Below, piece after piece: positions 10,601 through 22,484 of a stretch of 64,000 bases of DNA. The stretch covers positions 7,874,001-7,938,000 of the forward strand of contig JBHGNT010000015.1 in the NCBI GenBank assembly GCA_043228905.1, written 5' to 3'. The notes beneath the pieces are model-generated. The model ran no database searches. It was not told where the DNA came from and worked only from the letters and a program-made list of their open reading frames with translations. Source of the DNA: Azolla caroliniana. Taxonomy: Eukaryota; Plantae; Polypodiophyta. The translations under genes were made by a program, and so were the position numbers. Position 1 is the stretch's first letter, and the number at the start of each line of letters is the position of its first letter.

Positions 10601-12962
10601 CCGCCCCAGCAATAGCGGGTATGCGCCTTGTGCCTGTAATTGTAGCACTACGGCCGAGATGTGAAATGTATGACCGCCGACGGTGACTTCTAATTTCCGT
10701 ATTAATCCTGTCAGCCGCACTGAGCTTGTATCGGCCATCCGCAACCAGAACGGACACGGCTCCCACTCGTGGATTCCTAGGGCATCACACGTCCGGAGGC
10801 TTATTACATTCACCCCAGAGCCTCCGTCTATAACTATGCCGGGGAGTTCTTTCCCTTTTACAATGGCAGTGATTACCGGACTGCTGGTGTCCACCACCGT
10901 TGGTCCCTCCTCCGGATTCGAGAAGAGTACCGGTGCCGGTGATGGTTCTCCTGCCGTCATGGCCGTCTTCAATCCTTCCGTGAATCTTGGCACGAGTTGT
11001 AGGAGTCTTCCTAGTGGCAACGTAATTTGGCATTCTTGCAACTCCTGCCATGTCTCGTTCTCGGAGTTACTACTGCCGGCAAACCCTATGGTGTTCTCCT
11101 TTTGCCGCTGTAAGTCTGTGACATTCTGCTCGTTTGCTTTCTTTACCCATTCCGTTGCTTGTTTCCGGATAGTCTCCTGCGTCTCCCATTCCTTGGCCAA
11201 GCCCTTCGACCTTGTGGTCACCTGCTGCAGATCTGCCACCTCAGGGACTACCATATTTACCGCCGGTCTTTTTTCATAGCTCTTCACCGGGCATTGGTTA
11301 CTATAATGGCCTTCCTGTCGGCAGTAGTAGCAGTAGGCCTTCCGGGTAACGCCCGTTGGAGTGCTTCCAGTGTGAGCCAGGAGCTTGTCTTTTCCATCTC
11401 TCTCACCCGGTCAATGACCTGGTCGATGGTACTTGTGCGGTAGTCAATTAACGTGCAAACCGTGCGTAGGGGTTCCCGGAGCGCGTTTAGGAATATAGTC
11501 CGTAATTCCTCCTCCGGGGGTGCGCGGGAAAGCTGACTATGCATCCGTTGAAACCGGATGACAAATTAGGGAATGCTCTCCCCTGCCTCCTGTTGGATGG
11601 TATAAAATAAGCCTACCATTATGATCTGGTCCACCTCCTTTTGAAAAAAATGCAAGAATTTAGCTTTTAAATCTACAAAGGTGGTGATGGTAGACGGGTC
11701 CTGCGTCCGGCGCCATCTTGTTGTCGGTCCCTCCAATGTGACGCCAAATTCCGCTATCTTAGAGCGTTCTTCTTCCTCCGGGGTCAAGCGTTGGGACACA
11801 TGGTTGGCTTCCCATGTCTGTTCAAAGGCGTGCACATGAGCTTCCGCGTTCGGATCATCTCTATACTTGGAGTACTGGAACGGCATGTCGTCGTCCGGTA
11901 TCGGTGCGCGGGTTGGCAGTGTTGGTGCTCGTTCCGGAATTTTCTCTGGTGTTGGTGGTCTTTCCCGATTTGTTTCCGGCGTCGGTGGTTTTTCCTCTTC
12001 TTTTGGTGATGGAGGCCTCTCCTCTTCGACTTTCGGTGTCGGAGGTCGCTCTTCCTCTGCTAGTTCCGGGGGTTCCAGTGTTAGTACTTCTGGTTCTGGT
12101 GTTGATAAGGTATCCGATCCTTCGTCCTCCGGTCCTCCCAGGGTTTCGTTGCTGCTACGGTAGTTCGTGTGCACGCTGTATTCCCCTTCGGAATCTGATT
12201 CATATGCTGAAAAGGCTTCTGCTTCGCCTTCTCCGTTTGCCAACACTTGGAGAAGGGATTCGGTCTCCCGGAGGCTGCTTAGGCTGCTGCCGTCGTCCGG
12301 GTGCGATGTTTGCTGTAACCAGAGGGAGTCCTCTCCTACTCTCCGGATTACGTTGGAAAACGAGTGATCCGCTCTAATTTCTTGCGCCGCTTGCTGGAAG
12401 GCCTCGCGTCTCCTTTGCCTTTCGGCAAGGCGTCGAGTTCGATCTGTAACCAGGTCGTGCGTTGATCTAGACATCCATCCGTACCATCGTTCGCTGCAAA
12501 AGCAGGAATCGTGGTCGCCAAAAACTGTGTTAACTCTTAGGGCCGGACAATGGCCTAACACAGGGTGTCTACGGAAGACACTTCACCAAAGGGTGTTACG
12601 TCAACCGGATTAGACTCAACGCTTACTCCGACTTAATTAAGTTACTAAGCATGATCGTCTTTCATAATCACACGCGTAAGATATAACAATTAAGACAGAA
12701 CGGTAATTAACACAGAGAGATAACAACGCTAAGCTTTCATTAATTAACCGCTATTCATTACATTTTGTTCGGGCCTTTAAATAGGTTTCCGGTCTGTATT
12801 ACAAAACGGTGCCATCCGCACTTGTTTGGGATCGGTCCGGATCCGGAATGGCATACCGATTCCGGTCCGTCCGTCCACACTCATAGCTTAATTACAACCA
12901 CATTCCTACTACTTAAATAACTCTCTGTTTCCCACTCTGGACTCCTTTGCCGGCCAGTAACA
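7630..12962 (-). mobile_element. Non-chromovirus Ty3/gypsy element B (multiply deleted relative of element E); no PPT, tRNA-type sites at both ends
   Basis: Full LTR 12528-12962 and truncated LTR ~7630-7827; gag from ATG 12474, protease IDGGSGVN, RT FLDD, RNase H VDASD, integrase; PBS TGGCGACCACGATTCC at 12505-12520 (minus); TGGCACGCCCGTGGGAC at 7830-7846 (plus). Confidence 0.92.
7882..12474 (-). pseudogene. Gypsy B gag-pol with internal deletions; integrase fused to the tail of the extra ORF
   Basis: ORFs 11566-12561, 11284-11544, 9452-11287, 9001-9366 and 7882-8982 align in order to element E proteins, with gaps. Confidence 0.9.
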
Positions 12963-14932
12963 CGGGTCTTCCGTTGCCAAGTACTCATATCCCATCCGGA
13001 GGGACCGAAATCCTAACAAACTCCCCCTTCACTCCGGCATGGGATGCTTCGTCAATCCGATCCTCTTCCTGCATGCATCTAGCTTGTCGGGTGTCAGCAC
13101 TTTGGTCAACATATCTGACCCGTTCTCCTTCGTGTGGATTTTCGTCAGCACAAACTCCCGATCTTCTACTCGCTCCTGGATCTAGTGGTACCTATGCTGG
13201 ATGTGCTTCATCCTGGAATGATACGTTAGCCGACATATCCGAATTGGTGAAACCGTCAAGTTGGGGTTTACTAGAGCCGAGTTGAAGACACATAGTTGAG
13301 GTGCCTTTTAAGTACCGGAGTATCCATTTTACCGCATTCCAGTGCTCCTTGCCGGGATTGCTCATAAACCGGCTCACCACTCCGACTGCGTATCTGATAT
13401 CCGGTCGGGTACACACCATTGCGTACATTAAGCTCCCGACGGTAGAGGCATATGGTATCTTCATCATATCTTCCTTCTTTGCCTTCTTCTTTGGGCTTTG
13501 CTTACCGGATAGCTTGCAGTTTGTCGGAAGTGTCGATCCGACCGGTTTCGCGTGTGACATGTTGAACCGTTGAAGCACCTTTGTCACGTACTTCTCCTAT
13601 GACAGTCACAATTGCTTCGTTGACCGGTCCTGGATGATATGCATCCCTAGTATCTGTCTTGCCGGACCCAAGTCTTTCATTGAGAAGGTCCAGTTCAGAG
13701 CCTTCTTTAGCGTCTGTATCTTTACTTGGTCTCGTCCGACAATCAACATGTCATCCACGTACAGTAGGAGTATCGGGAAGTCTCCACCTTCAAACTTCTT
13801 CACAAACACGCAGTGATCGACCTGCGTCTTGTGGTATCCTTGATCTGTCATAAAGGAGTCGAATTTCCGGTACCATTGTCGGGGAGCCTGCTTCAAACCA
13901 TAGAAGCTCTTCTTCAACCGACAAACCAGGTGCTCCTTCCCTTTCTTCACAAATCCCTCTAAATGTTGCATGTAGATCTCCTCTTCGAGGTCGTCGTGGA
14001 GGAACACCGTCTTCATGTCTTACTGCTCTACCTTGAGTTCCATGCTTGCTGCTATGCTCAGCACCGTCTGGATGGAAATCATCTTTACTACCGGGGTAAA
14101 TATCTCGTCGAAGTCCACACCCTTCTTCTGTTGGAACCCCTTTACCACGATCCTGGCTTTGTATCTCGGGGGGCTGCCGGCATCTCCCGGTTTTAGCTTG
14201 TACACCCACTTGTTTCGGAGTGCCCTCTTTCCTTTCGGCAACTCCACCAATTCATACGTGTGATTCTCATGCAAGGAATCCATCTCGTCCTGCATGGCAC
14301 TCAATCACCTGTGGCTATGGGTGTCATCCTTCGCTTCTTCGAAGCTTTCTGGCTCCTCCTCATCGTTCAACAACACGCGTTCTACATCCGGAAATCTCCG
14401 GAGGGAACTTCTTTCCCGGAGAGGATATCTCCGTCCTCGTTTTTCGGTAACCGGCTCCTGTGTGTATTCTTCATCCGAATCTGATTTGGGGTCTTGTCCG
14501 GTTCCGGTTTCAGCTTCCCCTCCTTCTTCTGTCGGTTCGGTATCGTCACCGTAACCGGCCAGTTCTTTGAGTGTCAACCGGCTCCCAGCCGGGTAGGTTC
14601 GAATCTCATCAAACCGATCCTTACCGGTCGGCTCGGAGTTCATTATCTTCTTCTCCAACTCCCAGTCGGCAAGGGTCTTGTCTTCCATGAAGATAATATC
14701 TCGACTCCAGAAAACCTTCTTGTCGACCGGATCCCACACTCGGTAGCCGAACTCATCATCGCCGTATCCGAGGAATATGCAAGGCCGGGACTTTGGGCCC
14801 AACTTTGCTCTATGGTCCTTTGCCACATGTGAGTTTTAGACCATGAGGTCGATACAAGGAGTGCGAGCGGTATACAATCGGTGGGTGGGTGTATGTGAGG
14901 GAGAATGAGAGTGAAAGAAGAGAAATGTGAGT

Positions 14933-14936
<4 letters not shown>

Positions 14937-14985
<49 letters not shown>

Positions 14986-15177
14986 AGATGAGATATATAT
15001 ATGTTCAAAGTTTAGAGAGAGAGAGAGAGAGATACACTAAAAACTATTTCACATTAACAAACTTAAAAGGTAATATAAAGGAATGGTCGATGTGGCAAAC
15101 TAGTTTCGCTCTTAAAGAGCTCATCAGTGCACATGACCATGTAGAATTTGAGGGGTTTATATAGGGGAGATAAGGGG

Positions 15178-15228
<51 letters not shown>

Positions 15229-15267
15229 TGTGTGTGTATGTGTGCGTGCGAGTGTGTGTGTGTGAGT
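14937..15267. repeat. (GA)n and (GT)n microsatellite cluster
   Basis: Long GA runs at ~14937-14978, ~15014-15032 and ~15183-15225, followed by GT repeats. Confidence 0.9.
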
Positions 15268-15479
15268 GTTCAAATTTGATGATGTGGGAGGTATGGGGGT
15301 TGATATATTTGGTGTGGGATAAAAGATTTTATGGGCTTATTTGAAAACAAGTAGGGGAGTGTGAGAGAGAAAGAGAGAGGAAGGGTAGAAGAGAAGTGTG
15401 TGATGTGGGAGTTAGGGAGGGTGAAGTATATTGGTGTGTATGAAAAGATTGTATGGAGATCTTTGAAAACAGGAGGGGG

Positions 15480-16600
15480 ATATGAGAGGGCAAGGGTAGG
15501 AAGTTAAATTGAGAACAATGAGAGGGTAGATTGGAAATTAAAGTGGAGGAGGAAAGGGTAGAGTGAGATTAAGAAGAATGAAAGGGGGAGGGGTAGGCGA
15601 AAATTACTAAAAGAGGGACGGGTAGAGTGATAATAGGGAAAGAGGTGGGAGAGGTGGGGTGATAATAGGAAAATAAGAGGGAGGGGTATGAATGTTATTC
15701 TAGAAAAAAGGAAGGGGGAAAGGGGTAGATTGAAATTAGTGAAAGAGAGAGGGGTAGAGTACAATTTAGAAAAGAGGAAGGAAGGGTAGAACATAACAAG
15801 GTAGAAATCAAAGGGTAGAATGAATTTTAGAAAAAGAGGAGTGATGTGAAATTTTAGAAGTCAAGAGGGGAGAGGGGTGAAATGACAATTTAGATAAGAA
15901 AAAGGGAAGGGGAGGAGGAAAAATAAGGTTTTAAGGGGGGAGGGGCACATTGAAATTAGAAGTAGAAGGGGGAAGGGTAGAGCGAAAATTTGGAAAAGTA
16001 AGGGGAGGGGTAGGAGTATAAAGTGAGGGGTAGATTTAAATCAAAAAGGGAAAAGAAAAAGTAACAGCGAGCGGGAAGGAAGGGTATTAGGATAGACTGG
16101 AGAAATAGGAACAAACAAGAAATAAGGAGAGGGGTAGGAGGATGCTAAAATAATGAAAAGTGAGAGGTGGAGTTTAAAATAAGAAAAAGCGAGGGGAGGG
16201 TATGGTGAGAATTACTTAAAAGTACGAGAGGGGTAGAATTGAAAAATAGGAATCAATAAAAGATGAGTGGAGGGGTAGGATTAGAAAATAGGAATAAAGA
16301 GAATGAGGGGAAGATGCTAAAAATAAAATAAAAGGTGAGGGGTAGAATTGGAAAATAGGAGAAACAGAATTAGGGGAGGATGCTAAAAGTGAAAACGTGA
16401 GGGGTAGAGTTAAAAATAAGGAAAAGTGAGGGGAAGGGTATAGTGAAAATATTGGAAAGGTAGGGAAGGGGTAGAGTTGAAAATAGGTAAGGGTATGATG
16501 AGAATTGGGTAAAAATAAAAGAGGGGTAGAGTTAATATAGAGAGAGACTATGGGGGAAGGATATCATGCAAGAGAAAGTGAGTGGGATGGAGAGTGATGT
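15480..16600 (+). repeat. Purine-rich, C-poor low-complexity tract with a recurring GGGTAG motif
   Basis: About 20 GGGTAG occurrences at irregular, often ~30-60 bp, spacing; almost no C on the + strand. Confidence 0.75.
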
Positions 16601-16710
16601 AAGGTATATTGTTGACGACGAGGTCATAATGAGAGAGGGGGAATGAGTATAATGATGATGGTGAGGGGGGAGTTCTTAATGTGATGAAAAAGAGGGATTT
16701 AGGATAATAT

Positions 16711-16870
16711 TAAGTGGGGGATTTGGGTGAATTATTTGAAAACTTAGTGTTAAGTGGGGTATTTGGGTGGATTGTTTGAAAATTTAGTCTTAAGTGGGGG
16801 ATTTGGGTGGATTGTTTCAAAACTTAGTTTTAAGTGGGGAATTTTGGTGGATTTTTTGAAAACTTAGTCT
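16711..16870 (+). repeat. 40-bp tandem repeat, 4 copies
   Basis: Unit TAAGTGGGGRATTTGGGTGGATTGTTTGAAAACTTAGTNT starting at 16711, 16751, 16791, 16831. Confidence 0.9.
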
Positions 16871-17397
16871 TAACTAGGAGGGCATGTAAGGACTTAGATT
16901 TTGTCCAACATACGAAAGGGCGTGAGATGCTTGTAAGCTCGGGATCTAACATTAAGTCATTATAGAGATTTTTAAGAAAACTATGAATGCCTAGTTTTGG
17001 GGTATGTTTGGTGTATCTAAGTTTAAAGATTGTGGGGTTAAGGGAAGTAATAGTTTTGGGTTGATATAGGAGTGTTTTTCTAAGATTAAAGGTATTTTCT
17101 TTTAGCTTTTTAGTATAAAGGATGGAGGGTAACCACGGTTAACTAGTCTATTGAAAAAGAGTTATTTCATATGCAAAAGAATACATCATCGCACTCTGTT
17201 TGCCCTAGGTCATATTTATACTAATATGACTTTCGGGCTATTTACAGATATAGCCCCAATGGGTTGTCTGGAACATATTTGCATATATGTCCCTTCATCC
17301 GGTGAGAGGGTCTCACAGGGCCTGCATCATCTGGTTCTCACCGGGTCTTCCGTTGCCGAGTACTCATATCCCATCCGGAGGGACCGAAATCCTAACA

Positions 17398-17780
17398 CCA
17401 CTTGGGGGCTCTATCTCCAACAAATGCTCCCCCTCCTTCGACAAGCCAACTCCCGAAATCTACAAGTCGCACAACAACGTCAAAAGCGGCACTACGACAT
17501 GGGTTGAACTACCCCGACTTATGCTGATGGAACCAAAGTCCTTGTTTATTTCCCGGTCTGGCGACGCAGTCTCATTGAATCTGTCATGCACCGATGGATT
17601 GACCTGTTCACCGTAGTTCGCACCATCAAATCCACTACTTACTTGCTCCGACGTGATTCCAATGGCCGATTCACCTTCGCCCATGTTGCCCGTATTAAGC
17701 CCTATACTACCCCAAGCCTATCTTCTAGTACCCCTTCTTTCCCCACATTGTAAAATTCATTATTTTTCTCAATGGGGGAA
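17398..17780 (+). pseudogene. Degenerate gypsy integrase C-terminal remnant ending in a PPT-like GGGGGAA
   Basis: LQVAQQRQKRHYD and HVARIKP-like motifs; GGGGGAA-TG at 17774-17782. Confidence 0.5.
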
Positions 17781-17998
17781 TGTGGTGTCCCTTTCATGCG
17801 AGTGCATGGCTCTTAACACACCACCCTTTTAGCACATCCTTTTAGCACACCAATGGTTTTAGCCCACCCTTTTGGGATGCATGTAGCTAGGCCGGCCCAA
17901 AATGGGTACCTTTGTATCTTCTATAAATTGAACGATAAGTAAGAAGCTAGGCAAGCTGGTTTGGTTTCCTTTTATGTGCATTTCACAATATATATATC

Positions 17999-18030
<32 letters not shown>

Positions 18031-18959
18031 TGTATGTATGTATGCCCTATGCGTGTGCTACATAACATTGTATGTAGAACAATGAGTAAGTGAGCGTGTG
18101 TGTAGAAAAGAAGAGAACATGAACATAACGTTAGAGAGCACTAGTGCAGTGGAAGACCCTGCAGACTCTGTAAACGAAATGGATAGATTGTTTGTGAGCC
18201 GTGCTTTCTCTATTCATTCGAATTAGGTGCCCTTGTTCTATGTCTTTCTTTGGTTTCTGTTCACTGTGTTCCGTCCACTGAATGGAATATCAAGGTTGTG
18301 GCCTTGAGATTTTTGATATTCCCTTAGTGATCTAAGGAGGCTGTAACCATAAGTATACACTCTGATATAGTGAAAAATTTGGTGCTTAGAAGGCCCTGTG
18401 GTTTTTACCATTTAGGGTTTTCCACATAAAACTGTGTGTCTCTGTTTTATTTTAGTTTTTTGTCTTCCTTGTCGGCCGAATTAGAATCCTAAGTAGTTAG
18501 TAGTAGGCTAGATAGTCGACCAATTCTGACCCCATATACCAACAAACTGATATCAGAACATTTAGATGGAGGGGGAAATGAGTGGCTTTCTGGGAATGAT
18601 GGTTTTAGAATCCCATAGCTACTGAAACTAGAAGATCAAGATGGAGGATCTCATTATAGTTAGGGATTTATATGAGCTGATCTATAGGAATGAAGTGCCG
18701 ATTGGAGTAGTTAAATCTGAGTGGACGATACTCCATAGAAAGGTCGTAACAACCATCAGGCAGTTTGTAGATGTGAGCATCCTCCAACGTGTGGCAAACG
18801 ACACAAATGCCTTCGGGCTGTGGCATAAACTTGTTGGCATGTATGAGAGGAAAAATGCTCTCAACAAGGCATCTCTAATGAGAAAACTGATGAAGCTAAA
18901 GTACTCTACTGGTGAAAGCATTGTGGTGCACACCAATACTTCCATGGGTTTGGTGAACC

Positions 18960-19378
18960 TGTTATTCTCTGACCGGACAAGGCCTAACACAAGGTGTCGC
19001 GGAGACACTTCACCAAAGGGTGATTACGGCATAGGATTATGACTCAACGATTACACCGACTTACGTAGGTTACACGATTAGAGCGCTTTTGTTAATTACA
19101 CGCGTAAGATATAACAGTAAGTACAGAACGGAAATCAACACAGAAGTATAAACACCATACGCTCTATTAATTATCCGCTGCGATTACAATGGGCTCCGGG
19201 CCTTTAAATAGGTTTCCGGTCCGTAGTACAAAACGGTGCCTATCGCACCTATTCGGGATCCGTCCGGATCTGGAACGACATACCGTTTCCAGTCCGGCCG
19301 TCCATACTATGCTTATTTACAACCATACTTAATTAATTCCTTCACTCCGTATTTTGGACTCCTTGCCGGCCGGTAACA
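18960..19378 (-). repeat. 3' LTR of element E
   Basis: Direct repeat of 34071-34489; TGTTA...TAACA ends; minus-strand TATA-like CCTATTTAAAGG. Confidence 0.95.
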
Positions 19379-19430
19379 CATGGCACGCCCGTGGGACAGT
19401 ACCTTGTACGTCGAACCCTTCTCGGCCCCT

Positions 19431-22100
19431 TCATTGTTCACCCAAATTGTCCAAAATACTTTGTTCCAGAGTTTCCAATTGTTCTTCCGGTTGTGGTTGT
19501 TGCGGCTGTGCTTGCTGCTGCTGCTGTGGTTGCGGTTGGGACTGAGACTGCTCCGGCTGCTCTATAGGCGGCTGCTCCGTTTGTTTCTCTGACTCCGGCA
19601 TCTCCGTTTGACTGCTTCCGGTCCGGTCTTCTTCCAATAACGGTTCCTCATCACTGAGGTTGACCGTAACCGGTTCTCGTGCTTTCTCTTCCCGGATCCG
19701 GGACCTCTCGTAGCTTTCAAACTGGATCTGCGCCTCCAGCCTGTCGTCGTCCAGCTGAGCTACAAGTTGCCGGACTTGCCCTAGTTGGTCCTCTGCCAAG
19801 GCTTGAAAGTCTTCGGCCAGCTCATCTCTTATGCCGGTGAAGTCTTCGGAAGTCAGCATATAGCAATCATCTCCCTCCTTCCGCCGGTTCTCTACGTCGG
19901 CCCGGAGCAATTGGAGTTCCGCCGCGTTCGGGGCCCACTTGGTCCACCATTTGACGGAACCGTTGTCGATCAAGCTCTTGGTCTGGTTCAACCAGGCCCG
20001 CATGATATCCTGGATGCGACTTGCTCCCATTTGCGCTCTACTTTCCACAACTTGTCGCTCCTCCTTCAACTGCTTGATGAGATTAGCCGTATCCTCCGCC
20101 TGCTCTCTGTAGCGCGTCAGCTGCCCTTGATATGTTGTCTGCAGCCTCTGCAGTACCTCCGCCGCTCTTTCTCTTTCCGCCTGCTGTTGCCTGAGGAGCT
20201 CTGTCCGAACCTTCTCCGCCTCTTCCAACCGTCTTCTGGTTTCCGCTTGTTCATTAGCGTATGCCGTTGCGGTCCGATCAACTGCTTGCCGGAGCTCATC
20301 CGTCCGTTCCTTGTGCTCCGTTTGCAACCGTTTATACTCCCGGTGCAAGTGCTCAAATTCCTCCGTTTTTTGTTTGAGCTTGCCGTTGATCTGGCGATGG
20401 TTCCGGTCCTCCCGGTCCTTTAGCTGCCGGAGTTCCTCTTTCAGGCGCCCTACTTCTGTTTCGGCATTTCTCCGGAGCCTGTCTTTCTCTTGCAGCATTT
20501 TCTCCTTTTCCTCCTTGAGCCGGTCGTACGCTTGGTGGCCTTTTCATAAGCTCTCCTCGGCCCGGCGTAGATTCTCAGCAGTCTTTTTGAGTTCTGCCTC
20601 CGCTGCCGTCTTCAACTCTCTTTCGCGGCTCCTCAGCGCTTCTTGGGCAGCTAGCTCATCCTTTAAGTCCGCAAGCTCTTGGGCTTGTGCCGCATCTCTC
20701 TCCGGAACGGTTTCCGTTGCCGGGGTCTGATTGCTATGTACAGGTTGATCTGACGCTTTATTCTGTACATTGCCCGGAGTCACCGGTGCTTGGACTTGTG
20801 TTGTCAAAGCCAATTGAGCCATTTCCCTTGTGACCCTGTCCAAGTCTTGTTCAAGGCTCCGGATTCTGGACCGGGCCGTCTCTAGATCTACGGTTGTGAC
20901 AAGCAACCGTTCGTGGTGCGCTCTCTCCTCCGCCTCTATGTACTCGACCGCTCCGGCGATCTGCTCGCCTACCCACCGTAGCCACATGCTACTGGTGCCT
21001 TGCTGCTGTACTGGTCGGGTCGGCTCGTTCACTGTGGAATTGTCTGGCCTAAGTGCCTGTATCTGCCGTTCTGGTTCTACTCCTTGGCCGCTGTGTGTGC
21101 TGGCTGGGCTCGCCGGCTGTTGAGTTCCGGTTCTCGCCGTCTCCGGAGCTGTTGGAATGACTTCTTGTATAGAAGTCGACAAGGCCGGTTCTATACGCAC
21201 CGGTTCCGGTTCCTCCCTTGCGGTTTGCTCAGGTTGAGTTGGGGGCGTTTCTTCCTTTTGTGGGTCCGAACGCTCCCCCGCTGTCCCGGCGGTCCTACTT
21301 CTTGACCGTCGTTGGAGGTGCTCTACTGGCTCCTCCGTTTCCTCTTCCTGGGTATCGGCATGTATCTGTGCCGTCAAGGGTTCCGGTTCCTTCTGTCCCG
21401 GTCGCCGTATGGTTATCTTAACGGGTCGGACCGGTGACACCTCCTCCGGTTCTGGGAGCCGTTTCTTCCCTTTCGTCGCCTTCGACGCCAGTAGCTGCTG
21501 TCGTTTGGACGCGGGCTTCGAGGTGCTTCCTTCCGATAATCTTGGCCGCTTCTTTGGCTGAACGGTCTCGACCGGCGGCGCGAGCAATGTTATCCACTGA
21601 GCTACGGCATGCCACAGCTTCCGGCCCTCCTTGCCGTCCTTTCCTCGTACCGTGTCGATTGCCGCGCACAAACCGTCTGCAATCAACACCGGCCAATCCA
21701 CCTTGATCCCTTCATAGGTGGCTATGATCATCCCTGCCCGATTTTTTGGCATGACAGGGGGTCGGGGGTACACGTGGCCGTACTCATGGAGCACTCGAGC
21801 TATCTCCCTGAATAGCGGATCTTCGCCGCCCTGCGTTCGATAGCCTTTGCCGGCTAGAGAGTACTCACCGAAATATCGGATGAGTTGCTCCGAGGTTGGG
21901 TTATCGATCTGAAAAATACCTCCCTCCGGAAGGCTTGTTAGCGCACGGATCGCTTCCTCGGTGATGACTTCTGTGTCGAGCTCCTTGATGACCCGATCGG
22001 CTTCTTTGTGCGGTGGTGCCTCCATGATGGTCAAGAACCCATCCAGTCCGTGTTGCCTGAGGCATTTCCTGGCCGCTTCCGACAGCGTTTGTGGTTCCAT
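19431..22100 (-). pseudogene. Extra (third) ORF of element E, ~890 codons with long coiled-coil-like stretches, interrupted by one in-frame TGA
   Basis: ORFs 20544-22100 and 19431-20498 are in the same frame, separated by a single TGA at 20544-20546; E/Q/R/K/L-rich heptad-like C-terminal half. Confidence 0.8.
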
Positions 22101-22484
22101 GTCTGCTTCGAGGTCGAGGAAAGATGGCGAGGTAGAGTGGTGATGAGAGTGAGAGCGAGAGAGAGAGAGTTCCGAACGTGGGGGTTCTCTGAGTGCAGGT
22201 TCGCGTTTGCTAAGCTTCCACCGCCTTGGTGCTTCTGTGCTTCTTGGCTCGCGAAAAAAAAAAGGTCTCCATGCGTTCTGCTTTTTCTCTGTGCGTCTTG
22301 GCGCCTTTTTCGAGCATGCGCACGTCGTGTACCAATTTAGTATTAAGTAATGTGGCGGCTCTTAAATGCCCACTACGTACCTTTTCGCTCCTTGCTTTCA
22401 CGTCCGTTCATACCTTGATTTTTAATGATTTCTCTTTTTCTTTTTTTTTTTCTTTTTTTTTTATATAAATGACGGTATGTGATC

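Larger units (their letters stand above)
12963..17397 (-). mobile_element. Fragmented Tnt1/Tork-like Copia element C
   Basis: LTR end 12963-13018 matches 17342-17397 at 55/56 nt; minus-strand PPT AAGGGGGAG at ~13021-13029; RT (LLYVDDML), partial RNase H and integrase C-terminus in 13030-14826; element B is inserted in its 3' LTR. Confidence 0.75.

Noticed and set aside
15504-15794. Leu/Phe/Ser/Pro-rich ORF as a membrane protein
   Set aside because: Compositional artefact of the pyrimidine-rich strand.
15480-16600. Interstitial telomeric repeat
   Set aside because: The motif is GGGTAG with long spacers, not tandem TTTAGGG.
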